This document shows, in pieces, positions 9,667 through 18,961 of a stretch of DNA of 64,000 nt. The position numbers and the translations under genes are program-made. The notes below the pieces were generated by a model, which saw nothing but the letters and a program-made list of their open reading frames with translations, did not search any database and had not been told where the DNA came from. The stretch's first letter is position 1. The number at the start of each line of letters is the position of its first letter. Source of the stretch: Ruminococcus sp. (GTDB taxonomy: Bacteria; Bacillota; Clostridia; Oscillospirales; Ruminococcaceae). Location: contig JAFXVT010000029.1 of the NCBI GenBank assembly GCA_017534835.1, forward strand, positions 23,564 to 87,563, written 5' to 3'.

Positions 9667-10577
9667 TGCTTTATATCGCTCTCGGGCTCCTGCTTGTTGT
9701 ATGTATCGTGCTTGTGCTGTATATCGTTATAATGAAGATGCAGATGAAGAATGTAAGGAAAGAGCTTGCACGCAATCTCGACCCTTCATACGATAAACAA
9801 CTGTCAGTTGCGCTCATTGACCGGAGTCTGAATTCACTTGCAGCTGAGATAAATAATTCGCTTGACCATCAGCGCAAGCTTAAACGTGATGCGGTGCGTG
9901 CCGAGAATAATCTCAGGCTGTCAGTTTCAGATATTGCTCACGACCTCCGCACTCCGATGACTGTCATAAAGGGAAACCTCCAGCTTCTTGAACAGGAGGA
10001 GCTTTCGCCTCGCGGAAGAGAGTATCTTTCGACCTGCCGCGAAAAAGCTGATGCACTGAAGGAAATGGCAGATGCGTTCTTCGAGCTGTCAGTCCTTGAA
10101 AGCGACAGCTCCCCTGCCCTCATTCAGAAAGTTGATCTGACAAAGACACTTATGCAGTTCTTTGCGGACAGTGAGGCGGCAATACGTGTGAACGGTCTTG
10201 AGCCGGAGCTGGTTTTTCCTGAGAAAACGGTCATTATCCGTGCGGACGAGCAGATGCTGAACCGTATGCTCGGAAATGTGCTCAACAATATATTGAAGTA
10301 TGCGAAGGACAGATTTCGTATGGAGATAGTTCCGGACGATGAGAATTGTATCCTGCGCTTCTCTAATCCGGTCAGACACGGACAGATGCCGGATACATCG
10401 CTGATGTTCGAGCGAAGCTACCGGGCTGATTCTTCGCGAAACGGAAGCAGTGCCGGGCTCGGACTGTTTATCGTCCGGCTTCTTGCCGAGAAGCAGGGCG
10501 CAGAGGTAAGGGCATATACCAACGGTGATGTGCTGACGATAGAGCTGACGTTTCAGATGAAGGCTCGCATAGAATAA
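9666..10577 (+). CDS. Sensor histidine kinase with one N-terminal TM helix and no extracytoplasmic domain
   Basis: TAATG overlap with the response regulator gene. H-box SDIAHDLRTPMT, N-box LNNILKYA and G-box GLGLFIV. The only hydrophobic segment is MLYIALGLLLVVCIVLVLYIVIM. Confidence 0.9.
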   Translation: MLYIALGLLLVVCIVLVLYIVIMKMQMKNVRKELARNLDPSYDKQLSVALIDRSLNSLAAEINNSLDHQRKLKRDAVRAENNLRLSVSDIAHDLRTPMTVIKGNLQLLEQEELSPRGREYLSTCREKADALKEMADAFFELSVLESDSSPALIQKVDLTKTLMQFFADSEAAIRVNGLEPELVFPEKTVIIRADEQMLNRMLGNVLNNILKYAKDRFRMEIVPDDENCILRFSNPVRHGQMPDTSLMFERSYRADSSRNGSSAGLGLFIVRLLAEKQGAEVRAYTNGDVLTIELTFQMKARIE

Positions 10578-10582
10578 AAGAG

Positions 10583-10614
10583 GCGGTCGCAGTGTTAAGC
10601 TGTGACCGCTTTTG
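10583..10614 (+). terminator. Rho-independent terminator after the histidine kinase gene
   Basis: GCGGTCGCAG / CTGTGACCGC 10-bp stem (one G-U pair) followed by TTTT. Confidence 0.7.
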
Positions 10615-10617
10615 AGA

Positions 10618-10636
10618 TTGTGAACAAATTGTAAAC
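10618..10636 (+). promoter_or_regulatory. Candidate response-regulator binding site (direct repeat with 11-bp period)
   Basis: TTGTGAAC aaa TTGTAAAC lies upstream of a promoter with a weak -35 and a TATTAT -10. It is followed by the palindrome ATTCTT-A-AAGAAT. Confidence 0.3.
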
Positions 10637-10759
10637 TTTTGGATTCTTAAAGAATTCTTTATACTTTCATTTTATTATGGAATTACAGAAAAGAGCTGAT
10701 ACGGTGAATTGCTGATAAGCTCTGCGGTACAAATATATCACTTCAAAGGAGGAGAACTT

Positions 10760-11716
10760 ATGTCAGAAATAGTAATTGATGCAAAAGACCTGACAAAACA
10801 ATACAAAAAGCAGAAGGCTGTAGACAGTGCGACATTTCAGATAAGAAAGGGTATGATTTGCGGACTCGTCGGTCCAAACGGAGCAGGCAAAACTACGATA
10901 ATGAAAATGCTCGGCGGACTCGTACTTCCGACAAGCGGCACCTATTCGATTTTTGGCGGAAAAACCGAGGACGAGCTCGCAAAGGCGCGTTCGAGAATGA
11001 GCTTCATCATCGAAACGCCATATGCTAAAACTGAGATGTCTGCACGCGAAAATCTCAAAAAGCTGTGCATACAGAAAGGTATCCCTGACCCGAAGCGTGT
11101 CGATGAAGTTCTCGAAATGGTAGGACTACAGGACGCAGGAAAAAAGAGCGTTGCCAAGTTCTCGCTCGGTATGAGGCAGCGTCTCGGTATCGCCGGTGCC
11201 CTCCTCTCGAAGCCGGAGATAATGGTGCTCGACGAACCGGTAAACGGTCTCGACCCCGAAGGCATAATCGAGATAAGAAATATGCTCAAACGCTTCAATG
11301 AGGAGCAGAATGTAACGATACTCATATCCTCGCATATTCTCCCCGAGCTCTCACAGCTCTGCACGGACTATATATTTATCCGCAACGGGAAGATACGTGA
11401 GATGTCGTCCGCTGAGGAGCTCCACAAGCTCTGCGGTGAATACTTCCATATCCACACGGATAATGACTCTCTTGCACTTGTGACATTGCAGAACAAGCTT
11501 GGTATCGAGAAATGCGATGTTCTCAAGGACGGAAGTCTCAGGCTGTTCGAGAGGCTCGACGATATCCCGCTCATTTCAAAGACGCTGTACGAAAGCGGAC
11601 TTGTCCCCGTTGAACTTCACGTTCACGAGGCTGACCTTGAATCTTACTATATGAAACTGGTAGGTGATGACAATGCTGAACATAATCAAAGCGACGCTGA
11701 GACAGTCAAGGCGTGA
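10760..11716 (+). CDS. ABC transporter ATP-binding protein (LanF/BcrA-like)
   Basis: AAGGAGG upstream of the ATG. GPNGAGKTT, FSLGMRQR, IMVLDEPVNGLD. Confidence 0.9.
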   Translation: MSEIVIDAKDLTKQYKKQKAVDSATFQIRKGMICGLVGPNGAGKTTIMKMLGGLVLPTSGTYSIFGGKTEDELAKARSRMSFIIETPYAKTEMSARENLKKLCIQKGIPDPKRVDEVLEMVGLQDAGKKSVAKFSLGMRQRLGIAGALLSKPEIMVLDEPVNGLDPEGIIEIRNMLKRFNEEQNVTILISSHILPELSQLCTDYIFIRNGKIREMSSAEELHKLCGEYFHIHTDNDSLALVTLQNKLGIEKCDVLKDGSLRLFERLDDIPLISKTLYESGLVPVELHVHEADLESYYMKLVGDDNAEHNQSDAETVKA

Positions 11717-12452
11717 TATATTCCTGAAAATTACCGCAGGCTATTTGCTGCTGATGGTCGTTCTGTCTATTTTAGGCGAAGAAATTGACTGGAAAGCACA
11801 CGGAAGTATGATGGTCGGCACTTTAGGTATGTTTTTGCAGTTCGCGATACCGATAGTTACCGGTGTTCTGACAGGAAGAGCCTGCGGAAGTGATCTGCGC
11901 GACAAGACTGCCAACTATGAGATACTCTTCGGAAAGAAACGCTATGAGGTATATTTCGGTCGCTTCTTTGCTTCGCTCATATTTATGTTCGTGCTCGTCG
12001 CGCTGATACCGCCTATACCTGTTCTGTTTATGACGATCAAAAACGGCTGGGGTGCAAGTCTGGCTGTAAGCGAGGCTCTCACTCTCTATGGAATGCTGTT
12101 CCCGATAGTATTCCGAATGGTGTGCTTCTACACAGCTATTACATTTTTTTCTGGAAACGATGTTGTCACTATTATTCTGACAACTATAGGTCCGATGGTC
12201 CTGATACTTTCTGTATATATGCTGAAGGAGCTTGACTATAATGTGACATGGCAAACTGCAATGAGCGACCTGATGCGTCTGCTTGATTTCTCAAACGAGG
12301 GCAGCGGATTCTTTGAAGGCGAAGATACCACGGTATATAAGCTGGATCTTCCGGTAAGCCTGATCGTTCGTATGATCTGCACATCTGTCGGTATCGGTGC
12401 CGCATGGCTCTTCGGAGGCTATGCTATTTACCGCAGACGCGATATTCCATAA
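11673..12452 (+). CDS. ABC-2 type permease (LanE/LanG-like), start uncertain (11664-11673)
   Basis: Six predicted TM helices. Overlaps the 3' end of the ATPase gene. GGTAGGTG upstream of the ATG at 11673. Confidence 0.7.
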   Translation: MLNIIKATLRQSRRDIFLKITAGYLLLMVVLSILGEEIDWKAHGSMMVGTLGMFLQFAIPIVTGVLTGRACGSDLRDKTANYEILFGKKRYEVYFGRFFASLIFMFVLVALIPPIPVLFMTIKNGWGASLAVSEALTLYGMLFPIVFRMVCFYTAITFFSGNDVVTIILTTIGPMVLILSVYMLKELDYNVTWQTAMSDLMRLLDFSNEGSGFFEGEDTTVYKLDLPVSLIVRMICTSVGIGAAWLFGGYAIYRRRDIP

Positions 12453-12464
12453 GGAGGGACTGCT

Positions 12465-13274
12465 ATGCTTGATATTATGAGATCACAGTTCCGTACAATG
12501 ACGCGAAAAACTATGGTGCACATTCTCGGTGTTCTTCTTCTCGCAGCTTCAACTATTATGCTCTTTATGAATAATGCAGTCAGTGATGATACCGGATCTG
12601 TCCCGACTGCTACCGAGATCATACCGGAAACAGCGACCCTTATCATGTCGCTCGCGATGTTCGGAACTACCTTTGTTGCATCTATCATTGCAGGTGATGA
12701 TTTTCTTGACAAGACGATAAATAACGAGCTCATTGCCGGCAGAAGACGCTACACTTCATATTTCGGACGCGCGATCCCTGTTATGATAGCCGGTCCGCTT
12801 ATCTCGATTGCACTTTGTACTCTCCCATATGTGATATATGGTGCAGTAAACGGTTTTGGCGATACTCTGCCCGTCGGTAACCTCATACTCCGCGTTGCAG
12901 TCGGCATATTCCCGCTCATAAGACTTTCAGCTTTCTGCGTGATGGTACTGTTCCTTTTCAGAAACCCAATTGGTGCCGTTATGTCCAATATGGCTATGCC
13001 AATGATGGGAATGGCGGTCGTTGTCGGTGGATCATCATTTCCCTTTCTGAAAGCTGCAAGTGAGAAACTGTGGCTCGTATCCCCTATCAATTTCGTCAGC
13101 CTCGGAAAGATAGAAAGCTGGTACACCTACGATCTTGAGCTCGAAACGTATTATACTTATTCAACGGCGATACCTGCATCAGATATTGTACTAACTATCA
13201 TCAGTTCGGTAGTGATGACAGCTGTGTATCTCATCATCGGCTATCATTACTTCCACGTAGACGATCTTGAATGA
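12465..13274 (+). CDS. ABC-2 type permease (second LanE/LanG-like subunit)
   Basis: AAGGAGG upstream of the ATG. Polytopic hydrophobic 269-aa protein. Confidence 0.7.
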   Translation: MLDIMRSQFRTMTRKTMVHILGVLLLAASTIMLFMNNAVSDDTGSVPTATEIIPETATLIMSLAMFGTTFVASIIAGDDFLDKTINNELIAGRRRYTSYFGRAIPVMIAGPLISIALCTLPYVIYGAVNGFGDTLPVGNLILRVAVGIFPLIRLSAFCVMVLFLFRNPIGAVMSNMAMPMMGMAVVVGGSSFPFLKAASEKLWLVSPINFVSLGKIESWYTYDLELETYYTYSTAIPASDIVLTIISSVVMTAVYLIIGYHYFHVDDLE

Positions 13275-13290
13275 AAGGAGGCGGCAATAA

Positions 13291-14988
13291 ATGGATACTA
13301 TTGATATTATCGCTGTAGCTGTATGTATTGCTGCCTGCGGCGGACTATGGTGGCTCGCTGAGCACGCTGAACGTGTCAAAAGCCCGAAATGGAAGATGTT
13401 CTGGCTTTGTGTACCTGTGCTCGCTCTGCTTATCACAAAGTACGGTCCGGACTGGTCGCTCCTGCCTCTTTATATCGGTTCAGTTATCGCAATGATTGGC
13501 TTTTTCACGGCTGCAAAGAAGTCAAAACAGTTCCTTGCGGCTGCCGGTGCTGTTTGTATGCTGCTGACGTATCCGGTATGCCTGCTGAATCCATACTATC
13601 GCGCGAAGGATTATTACGGCGACTTCAAAAAGCTGTTCGGCTGTATGCGCGGGCACTATGTACTCACAGAGCATAAAAACATCGACTGGGACGCTCTTTA
13701 TGACAAATATGAACCGCAGTTCAGGGAGATACAGCACGATCAGGACGCCGCAGCAAACGCTCTCACGTGGGGAGCTTTATGCGGAGAATTCCACGACGGT
13801 CATGTAAGCTACAATTGCAGCATCAGGGACATTAAAGCAAATAATAAAGCTATAGCCGACGCTCTCGGAAACGATTACGGTCTGTCTGTGATGCGCTGCA
13901 CTGACGGGAGCTTTGCGGCTGTGAATGTCGATGAGAGCCTTGCGAAATACGGTATCCGAAATGGCACTGTTATTACATCGTGGGACGGTAAGTCTCCGGA
14001 CGAGGTAAGCAAGTCCTCACCGATTTACGGGAGCTCGCTCATGAACGTCAATTACAGCGAAAATAAAATCGTCCTCAGGCTTGAGGCTTTTCCTGACATC
14101 GACAACGAGATATTCTACAGCGGACTTCTCTGCGCAGGTATCGGCGGTGATTCAGTTGATGTCAGCTGCATGGACGAAAACGGCTCTGAACAGACTGTAA
14201 CTCTCACGAAGATCGGGGATTATATAGACAGACTTTCCGAAACTATGGATATTCTCCATAAGGGAGTGAACATAGGAAATCTTCAGTGGAAAAAGCTGAG
14301 CGATTCTGTTGCTTGTCTGCGCATAAAGGGTATGAGCTACGACACCAAATCGTATAATTCATCGGACGATGAAGCATACAGCGAAATGAAGGACGAGATC
14401 CGCTCGACTATTCTTAAATATCAGTCCGAGGGAGTAAAGGATGTTATTATCGACCTTCGCGATAATAACGGAGGTTCGCCGCATATGGTAAACGGTATCG
14501 TTTCTATGTTCGCGCCGAAGGGTGATCATTACTGCTGCACAAACGGCGTATGGGACGAGAAGAAGCAATGCTGGGCTGTCGACGAAAACGGAAATTATGT
14601 AAAAGGCGAAGAGATCACGTTCAAGGGTGAGGATATTCTTGACGGAGGAAGGGTCATCGTTATCGTGAATGCGAACAGTGTAAGTGCTGCGGATATGATG
14701 ACAAAGGAAATGGAAAGCATGGATAACGCGAGAGTTATCGGCTTCACAGGTCCAAACGGCTCCTCGCAGGCTATAGGTGTAAAGAGAGTATCGACCGGTC
14801 TCCTCTCCTTCTCGAACTGTGTCGTGCTTGACAAGGACGGCAGTATAATGATAGATTCCGGTGCCGACAGACAGAGCAGCAACGGCGACGGTGTTGAGAT
14901 AATACCGTTCGATAATGATGCTATCCGTGGGCTTTTTGATGAAGGCAACGATTATCTTCTCGAAAAGGCGATCGAGATGCTTTCCTGA
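13291..14988 (+). CDS. Membrane-anchored S41 family peptidase (NSR/Ctp-like)
   Basis: About 4 N-terminal TM helices, then the S41 motifs IIDLRDNNGGS and VIVNANSVSAADMM (Ser nucleophile context). AAGGAGG upstream. Confidence 0.8.
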   Translation: MDTIDIIAVAVCIAACGGLWWLAEHAERVKSPKWKMFWLCVPVLALLITKYGPDWSLLPLYIGSVIAMIGFFTAAKKSKQFLAAAGAVCMLLTYPVCLLNPYYRAKDYYGDFKKLFGCMRGHYVLTEHKNIDWDALYDKYEPQFREIQHDQDAAANALTWGALCGEFHDGHVSYNCSIRDIKANNKAIADALGNDYGLSVMRCTDGSFAAVNVDESLAKYGIRNGTVITSWDGKSPDEVSKSSPIYGSSLMNVNYSENKIVLRLEAFPDIDNEIFYSGLLCAGIGGDSVDVSCMDENGSEQTVTLTKIGDYIDRLSETMDILHKGVNIGNLQWKKLSDSVACLRIKGMSYDTKSYNSSDDEAYSEMKDEIRSTILKYQSEGVKDVIIDLRDNNGGSPHMVNGIVSMFAPKGDHYCCTNGVWDEKKQCWAVDENGNYVKGEEITFKGEDILDGGRVIVIVNANSVSAADMMTKEMESMDNARVIGFTGPNGSSQAIGVKRVSTGLLSFSNCVVLDKDGSIMIDSGADRQSSNGDGVEIIPFDNDAIRGLFDEGNDYLLEKAIEMLS

Positions 14989-15015
14989 TATTGAGGCAGA
15001 ATTTCGCTCAGAGTG

Positions 15016-15044
15016 TTGATTTTTGGAAATGTATGTGGTATAAT
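15016..15044 (+). promoter_or_regulatory. Sigma-A-like promoter with extended -10
   Basis: TTGATT, 17-nt spacer, TATAAT, with TGG immediately upstream of the -10. Confidence 0.6.
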
Positions 15045-15073
15045 GTTGCTATAAACCGAAAGGAGGGATCTCG

Positions 15074-15394
15074 ATGATCCTTAACAAAGACATTTACTAC
15101 AACATTATGGACTATGTTTTCAAGCATCTCAGATTCATTGAAGAGTGTATGAACCCGAGTGAGATGATAAACATCGACACTTCCTCTGAGGAGGCAAATG
15201 TATGGCTCGGCGACCTCATAAAGGAATACGAGTCGGAAAAATGCACTAAAGAAGCCATTCTCTCCGCACTGCACATACTGCTACAGCGTGATATGATAAA
15301 GGTGCTTTATGTTGCCGGAAAGAAGGACTACCGCCTTATCGACCTCACAAGCAAGGGCTATGAGGAATACCTCAGAATGAATAAGATACTCTGA
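15074..15394 (+). CDS. Hypothetical 106-aa protein
   Basis: AAGGAGGG upstream of the ATG, with its own promoter and terminator. No recognisable motif. Confidence 0.5.
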   Translation: MILNKDIYYNIMDYVFKHLRFIEECMNPSEMINIDTSSEEANVWLGDLIKEYESEKCTKEAILSALHILLQRDMIKVLYVAGKKDYRLIDLTSKGYEEYLRMNKIL

Positions 15395-15406
15395 TGAAAT
15401 GACAGA

Positions 15407-15447
15407 GCCGCCAGATATGGTCTTTGACCTATCTGGCGGCTTTTTTT
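15407..15447 (+). terminator. Rho-independent terminator
   Basis: GCCGCCAGATA / TATCTGGCGGC stem followed by TTTTTTT. Confidence 0.85.
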
Positions 15448-15512
15448 GCGGTATAGCGCTTTTCAGATATTGCGCTCCTGTGAAAAATAATTGCTGGATA
15501 TGCTTCTGTCTA

Positions 15513-15541
15513 TTGACAAAAGTTGACTTCTGCTTTATAAT
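15513..15541 (+). promoter_or_regulatory. Sigma-A-like promoter of the GH31 gene
   Basis: TTGACA, 17-nt spacer, TATAAT. Confidence 0.6.
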
Positions 15542-15648
15542 GAATATATATATTTAGGCAAAAATGTATAGTTTTACCTATGCAAACATACAAAGTTTTT
15601 TCATTTCAAATATGCAGCCCCCTCTCGCTGCGGATGAAGGAGTTTACT

Positions 15649-17964
15649 ATGAAAGTATCAGACGGATTCTGGCTGAATAAGCCCGGCTTCAATGTCAGCT
15701 ATGCTACACAGATGTACACTGTTGAGGCGGACGATACATCTGTTACGGTATACGCGACTAATCAGTGGATAGCCAATCGCGGTATGACACTCGGCGGTCC
15801 TATGCTGACTATAAGGTTCACCTCGACTCTTGAAAACAGTATCAAGGTCACTATTGAGCATTTCAAGGGAGCTCTCAGGAAGTCCCCTGCTTTCGAGCTC
15901 AATGAAGACAGCAGCTTCAAGCCTGTTGTCAGGGGCACAAAGGAAGACGGATTCGAGCTCATCTCCGGCAGGACGAGCGTTAAGATAGGCGCAGAAAAAT
16001 CCGGCTGGAACGTATCTTACTGGTACGACGGCAGACTTCTCACAAAGGAAGGCTGGCGCACGACTTCTGTCATTGAAGAGGAAGAATGGCTGCGCAAAAA
16101 TCAGACCGCCGTCACCGAAGGTACACGATTCTTTGCCGGTGCTGACAACGGTGATAACACATATATCCGAGAGATGCTCGGGCTCAGCGTAGGCGAATAC
16201 ATATACGGCTTCGGCGAGAAATTCTCGACCTTCGTTAAAAACGGTCAGACTGTCGACGTATGGAATAACGACGGCGGCACCTGCTCTGAGCAAAGCTACA
16301 AGTCTATCCCCTTCTATGTATCATCGCGCGGCTACGGCGTTTTCGTGAACCACCCAGAGAATGTCAATTTTGAAGTTGCGAGCGAAACTGTATCGAAGGT
16401 CGCCTTCTCTGTTCAGGGACAGCGTCTCGAATACTTCATTTTTGGCGGAGAGACTGTAGCAGATGTCATTTCGGCATATACCGACCTCACCGGAAAGCCT
16501 GCACTTCCTCCTGCGTACACATTCGGTCTGTGGCTGTCGACCTCTTTCACGACGAGCTATGATGAAGAGACCGTAAGCTCATTCATAGATGAAATGGAGC
16601 GCCGTGATATTCCGCTCGAGGTATTCCATTTCGATTGCTTCTGGATGAAGGATTTTCACTGGACCGGCTTTGAATGGGACAAGGATATGTTCCCTGACCC
16701 GAAGGCAATGCTTGCACGGCTCAAGGCGAAGGGACTGAAAATATGCGTCTGGATAAATCCGTACGTAAGTCAGTGCGCTCCGGTATTTGATGAGTGTATG
16801 GAAAAAGGCTACTTTATCAGGAACAAGGACGGCTCTGTTTTCCAGTGCGATATGTGGCAGCCGGGACTTGCGATAATCGACTTCACCAATCCCGATGCAC
16901 GCAGCTGGTACGCTTCAAAGATAAAAGAGCTTGCAGAAATGGGCGTAGACGCGATCAAGACAGACTTCGGCGAGCGCATACCGACTGATGTCTCCTACTT
17001 CGACGGCTCAGACCCGTACAAAATGCATAACTATTACTCGTATTTATACAACAAGACAGTTTTCGAGGCTTTGCGCGGCGTAAAGGGTATGAACAATGCT
17101 TGCCTTTTCGCTCGCTCAGCGACGGCTGGCGGACAGCAGTTCCCTGTACACTGGGGCGGAGACTGCTTCTCCAATTACGAATCTATGTGGGAGACCCTTC
17201 GCGGCGGACTTTCGCTTTGTCTGTCCGGATTCGGATTCTTCTCGCACGATATTTCCGGCTTCGAGGCTACAGGCTCTCCGGACCTGTACAAGCGCTGGAC
17301 AGCATTCGGTCTGCTCTCGACCCATTCACGCTATCACGGAAACAGCTCATACCGCGTTCCGTGGAATTTCGACGAGGAAAGCTGTGATGTTTCACGCCAT
17401 TTCGTTAAGCTGAAGGGCAGACTTATGCCGTATCTCTTCAAAAATGCCGTTATCACCCACAAGACCGGTGTTCCTATGATGAGGGCTATGGTCGTTGATT
17501 ACGGCTTTGACCGCGCTGCTCTCACAGTCGATACGCAGTATATGCTCGGTGACAGCCTGCTCGTTGCACCTGTTTTCAATGAGGAAGGTATATGCGATTT
17601 CTACCTCCCCGGTACCGGAGAATGGACGGACATCCAGACCGGTGAAAAGCTCAGCGGAGGAAGCTGGTATACGAGAAAGTATGACTACTTCGGTCTGCCT
17701 CTTTATGCGAAGCCCGGTTCGATCATCGTTTACGGAAGCTTTGAAAAGACTGTCGAGTACGACTACACCGATAATATGAGGATAGTGGTATACGGTCTTG
17801 AAGACGGAGAAGCAGCTGAAACTCTGGTCTATGATATGAATGCACAGCTTGCGGCAGAGATAAAAGCGGTCCGCAGCGGGAACTGTATCACAGTCACTGT
17901 AACCGGTACGGATAAGCCGTTCACTGCCGAAAGTGCTGACGGGCTTGAAATAGTTGTAAAGTAA
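15649..17964 (+). CDS. Glycoside hydrolase family 31 (alpha-xylosidase/alpha-glucosidase, YicI-like)
   Basis: GAAGGAG upstream of the ATG at 15649. YicI-like blocks: IYGFGEKF, WINPY, and KTDFGERIP around the nucleophile Asp. Confidence 0.9.
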   Translation: MKVSDGFWLNKPGFNVSYATQMYTVEADDTSVTVYATNQWIANRGMTLGGPMLTIRFTSTLENSIKVTIEHFKGALRKSPAFELNEDSSFKPVVRGTKEDGFELISGRTSVKIGAEKSGWNVSYWYDGRLLTKEGWRTTSVIEEEEWLRKNQTAVTEGTRFFAGADNGDNTYIREMLGLSVGEYIYGFGEKFSTFVKNGQTVDVWNNDGGTCSEQSYKSIPFYVSSRGYGVFVNHPENVNFEVASETVSKVAFSVQGQRLEYFIFGGETVADVISAYTDLTGKPALPPAYTFGLWLSTSFTTSYDEETVSSFIDEMERRDIPLEVFHFDCFWMKDFHWTGFEWDKDMFPDPKAMLARLKAKGLKICVWINPYVSQCAPVFDECMEKGYFIRNKDGSVFQCDMWQPGLAIIDFTNPDARSWYASKIKELAEMGVDAIKTDFGERIPTDVSYFDGSDPYKMHNYYSYLYNKTVFEALRGVKGMNNACLFARSATAGGQQFPVHWGGDCFSNYESMWETLRGGLSLCLSGFGFFSHDISGFEATGSPDLYKRWTAFGLLSTHSRYHGNSSYRVPWNFDEESCDVSRHFVKLKGRLMPYLFKNAVITHKTGVPMMRAMVVDYGFDRAALTVDTQYMLGDSLLVAPVFNEEGICDFYLPGTGEWTDIQTGEKLSGGSWYTRKYDYFGLPLYAKPGSIIVYGSFEKTVEYDYTDNMRIVVYGLEDGEAAETLVYDMNAQLAAEIKAVRSGNCITVTVTGTDKPFTAESADGLEIVVK

Positions 17965-17970
17965 AAAATG

Positions 17971-18014
17971 CGAGCAGTCCGAGTGAGATACTTCGGGCTG
18001 CTCGTATCTATTTA
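17971..18014 (+). terminator. Terminator-like hairpin after the GH31 gene
   Basis: CGAGCAGTCCGA / TCGGGCTGCTCG stem. The T-tract is weak. Confidence 0.45.
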
Positions 18015-18175
18015 TGAAGAAAAAATGAATGGTGGTCAACTTTGTCTAATGAATTAAATATATCGGCGATATATTGCTTTTTTTACCGATATAGTTTATA
18101 ATAGATTTATTATCTATAAAATAATTTTCCGGTGCTGTTTTGTACCGGAGACATCTTTGAAAGGACAAGATAATT

Positions 18176-18958
18176 ATGAAAAAGACGATCGCACTTTTAT
18201 CCTCCGCTCTGCTCGCTTCAGCTGCATTTGCAGGCTGCGGATCAGGCGTTAAAGCTAATACGGTACACAGCGTTGATGATCTTAAAGGAAAGTCTATCGG
18301 TACACAGCTCGGTACTACCGGCTATATTTTTGCCGCTGATGTAGAGGACGCTAAGGTCGAGGCGTATAACAAGGGCGCGGACGCTATACAGGCGCTCAAA
18401 CAGGGCAAGCTCGATGCCGTTATCATCGACAGTGAGCCTGCAAAGGTGTTCGTCAGCAAGAACGACGATCTACAGATCCTCAGCGATCCGTTCGCAGTTG
18501 AGGAATACTCTGTCGCTTATAAGAAGGGCAATGACGAGCTCGGAAAGAAGCTTGATGATGCTATTTCCAAACTCAAGGGCGACGGTACTCTCGACGCTAT
18601 CACTGCTCATTGGGTAGGCGATGACGCTGACAACGTTCCATATGAGGACAAGAACAGCGATGTTTCAAACGGTACTCTTGTAATGGCAACAAATGCTGAG
18701 TTTCCTCCGTATGAGAGCATGAGCGGAAGCAATATCGTTGGTATCGACGTCGATATTATGAATGCTGTCTGTGACGAGCTCGGAATGGAGCTGAAGATCG
18801 AGAATATGCAGTTCGATTCTATAATCGCTGCTGTTGATTCAGGTAAGGCAGATGTCGGCGTTGCAGGCATTTCGGTCACACCTGACAGAGAAAAGAACGT
18901 TTCCTTCACTCAGGGCTACGCTACGACCACTCAGGTCATAGTTACACGTAAGGATTGA
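18176..18958 (+). CDS. Amino acid ABC transporter substrate-binding lipoprotein
   Basis: Lipobox LASAAFAGC. Two-lobed family-3 binding-protein repeats (IGTQLGTTG, GIDVDI). Confidence 0.9.
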   Translation: MKKTIALLSSALLASAAFAGCGSGVKANTVHSVDDLKGKSIGTQLGTTGYIFAADVEDAKVEAYNKGADAIQALKQGKLDAVIIDSEPAKVFVSKNDDLQILSDPFAVEEYSVAYKKGNDELGKKLDDAISKLKGDGTLDAITAHWVGDDADNVPYEDKNSDVSNGTLVMATNAEFPPYESMSGSNIVGIDVDIMNAVCDELGMELKIENMQFDSIIAAVDSGKADVGVAGISVTPDREKNVSFTQGYATTTQVIVTRKD

Positions 18959-18961
18959 TAG

